Virus record (IMG/VR): IMGVR_UViG_3300010231_000020
Location: 1 to 39,323 of that record
DNA length: 39,323 nt
Strand: one strand, 5' to 3'
Source: a virus
Taxonomy: Duplodnaviria; Caudoviricetes
Part shown: positions 34,422-39,323 of the stretch, in pieces
How positions within the stretch are numbered: the first letter of the stretch is position 1
How the letters are laid out: the number at the start of each line of letters is the position of its first letter
The notes under the pieces: model-generated
What the model was told of the DNA's origin: nothing
What the model saw: the letters and a program-made list of their open reading frames with translations, nothing else
Databases searched by the model: none
Translations under genes and position numbers: made by a program

Positions 34422-34633
34422 TCCTGATTTACCGCGACCGCATCGTGCGTGCCGTGCTCGGCACGCGTCCAGCCATCCTGGCGAAGGAGGCCGACACTGT
34501 TGCCGTCGATCGGATCTGCCGCGCTTTGGCCGATTCGGAGGAGGCGAAGCAGCTGCTATGTGCAAAGGGCTATGGCTTTCCATCGCAGACTTTGTCCGAC
34601 CTAGTCCGTGCACTACCAGACCTGAAGCGATAG
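34409..34633 (+). CDS. Hypothetical protein (74 aa)
   Basis: AGGAGG RBS. Confidence 0.7.
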   Translation: MPDLILIYRDRIVRAVLGTRPAILAKEADTVAVDRICRALADSEEAKQLLCAKGYGFPSQTLSDLVRALPDLKR

Positions 34634-34693
34634 CACGGGATCCCGTGCTGAGCCGTGTGCAGACGTCTGCACACGAACCCACAAGAGGTAACC

Positions 34694-35074
34694 ATGCCCA
34701 AGTCAGCACCGCGGCCCTGCAGCTTCAGCGGTTGCCGGACCCTCGTGCACGATGGTAGCGGTCGATGCGAACTTCACCCGAAGAAGGCATGGGTCAAGGT
34801 CGTTCCGATGAAACGCATTACCGGGCGCAGGCTGCAGGCGATGCGCGCGGCCCTATTCGCGCGCTCGCCGTTCTGCGCAGAGTGCGAACGACAGGGCCGC
34901 ACCAAGCTGGCGTCGCAGCGTGATCACATCGTCCCCTTGGCTGAAGGCGGGGCCGACGACGAGACCAACGAACAAGCCCTGTGCGACGACTGCCACGAGA
35001 CGAAGAGCCGGGGCGAAGCGGTCGCTGGCCGGTGGCACGGCCGCGCGGCCAGGAAAACCCCCGGGGCGGGGTAA
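34694..35074 (+). CDS. HNH endonuclease, packaging-associated (HK97 gp74-like)
   Basis: C...GC...C..H, CAEC, DHIVPL..GG, N.QALCDDCH..K; just upstream of terS. Confidence 0.93.
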   Translation: MPKSAPRPCSFSGCRTLVHDGSGRCELHPKKAWVKVVPMKRITGRRLQAMRAALFARSPFCAECERQGRTKLASQRDHIVPLAEGGADDETNEQALCDDCHETKSRGEAVAGRWHGRAARKTPGAG

Positions 35075-35220
35075 ATCTCTACGCCTTCGCAAATGGAAAC
35101 CGGGTCCCTAACCGCAAATTTATGGGAACGAAAAACTACCCCCGGGGGGTTTACGTAGTCGAGGTGTGAGCAGTTCGTCCCCTCCTTGGCCCTCGGTGAA
35201 ATACACGAACGGAACAGGAT

Positions 35221-35703
35221 ATGGACCAACTCAAAAATTTCGCTGCGTCGCCGCCGGCGGTCGGCGCGTCGAGCGTCAAGTCGTCGGCGGACATCGCGTC
35301 GCCGGAAGCTCCGCCAGTGATCGGGCTGACCGACCAGGAAAAGCAGGTCTACGACTACTTGTGCGAATCGCTGCGACAGGCCGGCATCGAGCACCTGACG
35401 GCGGGGATGCCGCTGGCCGTCATCGTGCGGACGTTCATCGACTGGCTCGACGCTTCGAAGAAGTGTGCTGAGGAGGGGCGAGTACAGATTTCTAAAACAG
35501 GATGGGCTACGCCGACGCCCTGGGCTGACGACGAAAAGCGGCTGAAGATGGAGTTGGGGCAATGGCTACCAAAAGCATGTCTGACGATTCCGTCGTTGGC
35601 GCGAGTGCGGAAGGACACGGGGGAACGCGGCGGGCAGGACGACCTGTTCAGCGATCTCGTAAACCACGCTACCGGCTCACCAGGAAGAAGCTTCTCGAAC
35701 TGA
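35221..35703 (+). CDS. terS: Terminase small subunit (P27-like)
   Basis: Between the HNH/cos region and terL; C-terminal CLTIPSLARV equivalent to the GLTP..R motif. Confidence 0.85.
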   Translation: MDQLKNFAASPPAVGASSVKSSADIASPEAPPVIGLTDQEKQVYDYLCESLRQAGIEHLTAGMPLAVIVRTFIDWLDASKKCAEEGRVQISKTGWATPTPWADDEKRLKMELGQWLPKACLTIPSLARVRKDTGERGGQDDLFSDLVNHATGSPGRSFSN

Positions 35704-37394
35704 CTCCGGATGTCCTGCACGAGTGGGACGAAGCGTACGGCCTGCCGGTGCTACGCGGCGACATCATCGTCGGGCGCTACGTCTACCTGGCCGTGCAGCG
35801 GCACTACCAGGACATGAAGCTCGGCGGCGCGCGGGGCCTTACGTTTAGTCCCGCCCATGCCTGGCACATCGTCAACTACATCGAGCGCTTCTTCGTCCAC
35901 ATCAAGGGACCGCTGGCCGGTAAGCCGATCCTGCTGGATCCCTGGCAGAAGTTCTGGACCGCCGTGCTTTATGGCTGGCGTAAGCAGGTCGACGGCAGCC
36001 GGCGTTTCAGCCGCGGCTACGAAGAGGTCGCTCGAAAGAACGGGAAAAGCACATGGAAGGGGCCGCAAGGTTCGTACCTGTTCTCGATGGACGGCGAGAT
36101 TGGCGCCGAGGTCTACGCCGTCGCGACGACCAGGTCGCAGGCGATGACGGTTTTCAAACCCGCGTTCGACAACATCAAGCGGTGGGCGCGGCGCTCGGCC
36201 GGCGTGGCGAGGTCGTTCAAGGTGTTCTCCGGCCTGAATCAGGAGAAGGTCGAGCTCGACACATCGGTTTTCGCTCCATTGCCGGCGAACGCCGAGAACC
36301 TGGACGGTCTGAACCCGTCAGCGATCCTGTTCGATGAGCTGCACGCGCAACGCAGTCGCGACGTATGGGACGTGATGGAGACCGCTCTCGGCGCCAGGCG
36401 GCAACCACTGCTGTCCGCGATCACTACCGCAGGCTTCATTCTGGACGGTATCTGCACCGAAGTCCGCTCATACCTGATCTCGATCCTTGAAGGGAAGCGC
36501 GTCGACGATGCGGTCTTTGGCTATGTGTACACGCTCGACACCGACGACGACCCGTTCGTTGAGGCCAACTGGTATAAGGCCAACCCGGGCTTAGGCAAGT
36601 CGAAGACGCTGGACTACATGCGCAGTATGGCCCGCAAGGCAGCGGCTTTACCTGGTGCGCGCGCGAACTTCCTGACCAAGGACTTGAACGTCTGGTGCAA
36701 CAGCGCTGACGGGTGGTTCGACATCAGCGTGTGGGACAAGGGCGGCAAGAAGTTCGACCCTGCGTTGTTGAAGGGGCGGCGCTGCTTCGGTGGCCTGGAC
36801 TTGGCATCGACCCGCGACCTGGTTGCGTATTCGCTGGTGTTTCCACCGGAAGAAGAGGGCGAGGATTGGTACGTCCTGGTGTGGTTCTGGTGCCCGCAAG
36901 ACAAGATCAACGCCGAAGAGCATGACGACGCTGCCCCGTACAAGGCATGGCAGGAAGCTGGGTGGATCACCGGCACAGAGGGGAACGTAACCGACTACAA
37001 CCCCGTGCGCCTGAAAATCCTGCAGTCGTTGCAAGACTTCGACGTGCAGGAAATCGGGTTCGATCGTTGGAACGCCCTGCAGCTGGCAAACGAACTGCTC
37101 GATCAAGGCGTTCCGCTGGTCGAGGTGCCGCAGAACACCGGCGGCATGTACCCGGGCAGCAAGCTGCTCGAGGAGCTGGTGTACGGAAAGCTCTTCCAGC
37201 ACGGCGGCAACCCAGTGTTTCGCTGGTGCGCCGCCAACACCGCGCTGCTTTTCGACTCGAACGGCAATTTTCGGCCCGACAAGAAGAAGTCGAACGCGAA
37301 CGGACGAATCGACGGCGTCGTCGCGACTGTGATGGCGCTAAGCCGAGCGGTAAGCAGTGTGGCCGACACGACCTCATTTTGGGACAAAGATTGA
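35562..37394 (+). CDS. terL: Terminase large subunit (start uncertain)
   Basis: LDPWQ, Walker A ARKNGKST, Walker B ILFDELH, ITTAG, KANP, GLDLAS..D and RIDGVVA motifs. Confidence 0.96.
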   Translation: MATKSMSDDSVVGASAEGHGGTRRAGRPVQRSRKPRYRLTRKKLLELTPDVLHEWDEAYGLPVLRGDIIVGRYVYLAVQRHYQDMKLGGARGLTFSPAHAWHIVNYIERFFVHIKGPLAGKPILLDPWQKFWTAVLYGWRKQVDGSRRFSRGYEEVARKNGKSTWKGPQGSYLFSMDGEIGAEVYAVATTRSQAMTVFKPAFDNIKRWARRSAGVARSFKVFSGLNQEKVELDTSVFAPLPANAENLDGLNPSAILFDELHAQRSRDVWDVMETALGARRQPLLSAITTAGFILDGICTEVRSYLISILEGKRVDDAVFGYVYTLDTDDDPFVEANWYKANPGLGKSKTLDYMRSMARKAAALPGARANFLTKDLNVWCNSADGWFDISVWDKGGKKFDPALLKGRRCFGGLDLASTRDLVAYSLVFPPEEEGEDWYVLVWFWCPQDKINAEEHDDAAPYKAWQEAGWITGTEGNVTDYNPVRLKILQSLQDFDVQEIGFDRWNALQLANELLDQGVPLVEVPQNTGGMYPGSKLLEELVYGKLFQHGGNPVFRWCAANTALLFDSNGNFRPDKKKSNANGRIDGVVATVMALSRAVSSVADTTSFWDKD

Positions 37395-38608
37395 AACTCC
37401 TCGACCGCATTTTCGGGCGCAAGGCCGCCCAGCTCACCTACGACCAGGTCGCGGACCTGATCGATGGCACGGGCGAAAGGATCATAGCCGGCGTGCACGT
37501 GAATGCGAAGACCGCTCTTCAGGTGGCGACCGTTCTGGCCTGCGTGAAGGTGATAGCCGATGGCTGCGCGACGCCGAGCCTGGGCGTGTTCCGCGAGAAG
37601 GACGACGGGACGCGCGAGCGCGCCGTCAACATTCCGGAATACCGCTTGTTGGCGCGGCGGCCGAACGAATGGCAGACGTCCCTCGAGTGGCGCCGCATGA
37701 TGACCGTGCACGCCGCATTGACCGGCGCTGCTCTCTCGATCAAGGTGCGGGGCGACAATCGGCGGGTGCGCGAGCTGATCCCGGTCGAGCCTGGCCAATG
37801 GGAAGTGCGTCGGTTGTCGCGTTACGAGCTTCGCTACCGCTGCTATGACGAGTACGGCTTGATCGGAGAGTTCGAGCCCGATGACGTGTTCGTGTTGAAT
37901 GGACTGCAGTGGAACTGGACCAAGAGCATGAATGCCGTGACGCTCGCGCGCTCGGCAATCGGGCTAGCGATGGCTACCGAGCGCAGCCAAGCTGCAATGC
38001 ACGAGAACGGGTTGCGGCCGAGCGGCGTTTATACCGTCGAGAAGACGCTCGATGAAAAGCAGCACGAGCGCCTGACCGCCTGGATCCGGAAGTTCGTCGG
38101 TGTGAACCGTACAGGCGATCCGTTTGTACTCGACAACAACGCGAAATGGGTCTCGACCGCGCTCACCGGTGTCGATGCCCAGCATGTTGAAACGCGCCGC
38201 CTGCAGATCGAAGAAATTTGCCGGGTGTACGGCGTCTTCCCGATCATGATCGGCCACAGCGACAAGTCGGCCACCTTCGCCAGTTCAGAAGCCTTTTTCG
38301 CCGCGCACGTCAAACACACGTTGATGCCGTGGCACCGAGCTTGGACGCAGCGTATCGACGAGATGCTGTTGGACGGCTCCGGGCCGTTGTTCGCAGAGTT
38401 CGACGTGCGGTATCTGACGCAAGGATCGATGGCCGACCGCGCGCAGTGGGCGCGTGCCATGGTCGAGCTCGGCGTCTACACCCGAAATGAAATCCGGGAT
38501 ATGGAAGGCATGGACCCCCTGGACGGTCTGAACGATCCTCTCACACCTCTGAACATGAGTCAGGGAAAACAAGGAACCAATGATGCAAAAACGATCCCTC
38601 CCGCGTGA
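37391..38608 (+). CDS. Portal protein, HK97 family
   Basis: TTG start overlapping the terL stop. V.ACVKVIA, RPNEWQT, EEICRVYGV.P.MIG and T.NEIR..E...P motifs. Confidence 0.95.
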   Translation: MKLLDRIFGRKAAQLTYDQVADLIDGTGERIIAGVHVNAKTALQVATVLACVKVIADGCATPSLGVFREKDDGTRERAVNIPEYRLLARRPNEWQTSLEWRRMMTVHAALTGAALSIKVRGDNRRVRELIPVEPGQWEVRRLSRYELRYRCYDEYGLIGEFEPDDVFVLNGLQWNWTKSMNAVTLARSAIGLAMATERSQAAMHENGLRPSGVYTVEKTLDEKQHERLTAWIRKFVGVNRTGDPFVLDNNAKWVSTALTGVDAQHVETRRLQIEEICRVYGVFPIMIGHSDKSATFASSEAFFAAHVKHTLMPWHRAWTQRIDEMLLDGSGPLFAEFDVRYLTQGSMADRAQWARAMVELGVYTRNEIRDMEGMDPLDGLNDPLTPLNMSQGKQGTNDAKTIPPA

Positions 38609-39287
38609 CCTGGAGCGCCGGGACACGGCCGGCGGCCGCGAGGTCCGCAACATCGCATTCGAGCTCAAGGCTGCAGGCGACGACGGCACCGTCGAGGGCT
38701 ACGGCTCGGTGTTCGGCGTGCGCGACGATTACGACGACGTAATCGCCCGTGGCGCCTACGTGACCTCGCTCAACGCACACAAGACCGCTGGCACGATGCC
38801 GGCCATGCTCTGGCAGCACGACCAGACCGCTCCCATCGGCGTCTGGACCGAGATGGTCGAAGACAGCAAGGGCCTGAAGATCAAGGGCCAATTGGCCCTG
38901 GATACGGTCAAGGGTAAGGAGGCGCACGCGCTGCTCAAGATGGGCGCCATCAACGGCTTGTCGATTGGCTTTATCGCGAAAAAGTGGGACTACGACCGCG
39001 AAACGGACGTGCGCACGCTCACAGAAGTCGATTTGTGGGAAGTCTCCCTCGTCACGTTCCCCGCGAACGACAAGGCGCGCATCACCGGCGTCAAGGCGGC
39101 AGATGTCGCCGGCATCAAAACAATTCGTCAAGCCGAACAGGCCCTGCGGGATGCGGGCTTCTCGGCTGACGCGGCCAAGGCGCTGATCGCCGAGGTCAAA
39201 CGCATCGCTTTGGATGAGCGGGACGCTCATGAAGCCGCTGCGGCGCTGAAGGCGGCCAACCGGCTGCTCCAATCCCTCACCTCGTGA
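38580..39287 (+). CDS. Prohead maturation protease, HK97 family
   Basis: VEGYGSVF, MLWQHD, GLSIGF and LWEVSLVTFPAN motifs. Confidence 0.96.
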   Translation: MMQKRSLPRDLERRDTAGGREVRNIAFELKAAGDDGTVEGYGSVFGVRDDYDDVIARGAYVTSLNAHKTAGTMPAMLWQHDQTAPIGVWTEMVEDSKGLKIKGQLALDTVKGKEAHALLKMGAINGLSIGFIAKKWDYDRETDVRTLTEVDLWEVSLVTFPANDKARITGVKAADVAGIKTIRQAEQALRDAGFSADAAKALIAEVKRIALDERDAHEAAAALKAANRLLQSLTS

Positions 39288-39323
39288 AAGAAGATCACAT
39301 GAAGAAAACCATCCTGCTGGCCG
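39269..39323 (+). repeat. 55-bp terminal direct repeat, right copy
   Basis: Identical to 1-55. Confidence 0.97.

Larger units (their letters stand above)
1..39323. mobile_element. Complete temperate HK97-like siphophage genome, excised/circular form
   Basis: All head, tail, lysis, integration, immunity, replication and packaging modules are present. No host housekeeping genes. The ends overlap by 55 bp and attP is intact. Confidence 0.96.

Noticed and set aside
39269-39323. 55-bp terminal repeat as a biological terminal repeat or att site
   Set aside because: It spans the protease/capsid junction and 55 is a common assembler k-mer; the terminase type suggests cos ends elsewhere.

Overview
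The window is one complete, circularly permuted genome of a temperate HK97-like siphophage. It has 39,268 unique bp; bases 1-55 recur exactly at 39269-39323, most likely an assembly overlap. The host is probably a GC-rich betaproteobacterium such as an Oxalobacteraceae member (inference only). Gene order around the circle: HNH, terS, terL, portal, protease, major capsid, a multi-gene head-decoration/fibre block, connectors, tail tube, frameshifted tail chaperones, tape measure, a compact tail tip, then a lysis cassette (holin, SAR endolysin, Rz/Rz1). Next come a tyrosine integrase beside an intact attP (tRNA 3'-end core, two IHF sites, arm repeats), a lipoprotein moron, and a leftward early operon (Xis-like, helicase-only paralog, long ParB). 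The cI/cro switch has five palindromic operators and is followed by a primase-helicase, an iteron origin and a Q-like gene with a late promoter and terminator. Best candidates for new biology: (1) a truncated paralog of the phage's own helicase domain whose Walker B is DG instead of DE, a possible 'poison subunit'; (2) two small mutually homologous genes coupled to cI in the rexAB position; (3) DUF4214-like repeats at the end of the tape measure protein; (4) a stand-alone antisense WYL-like gene after cro; (5) a 7-bp tandem repeat that switches the C-terminus of a small gene. Family assignments come from motif recognition, not database searches.
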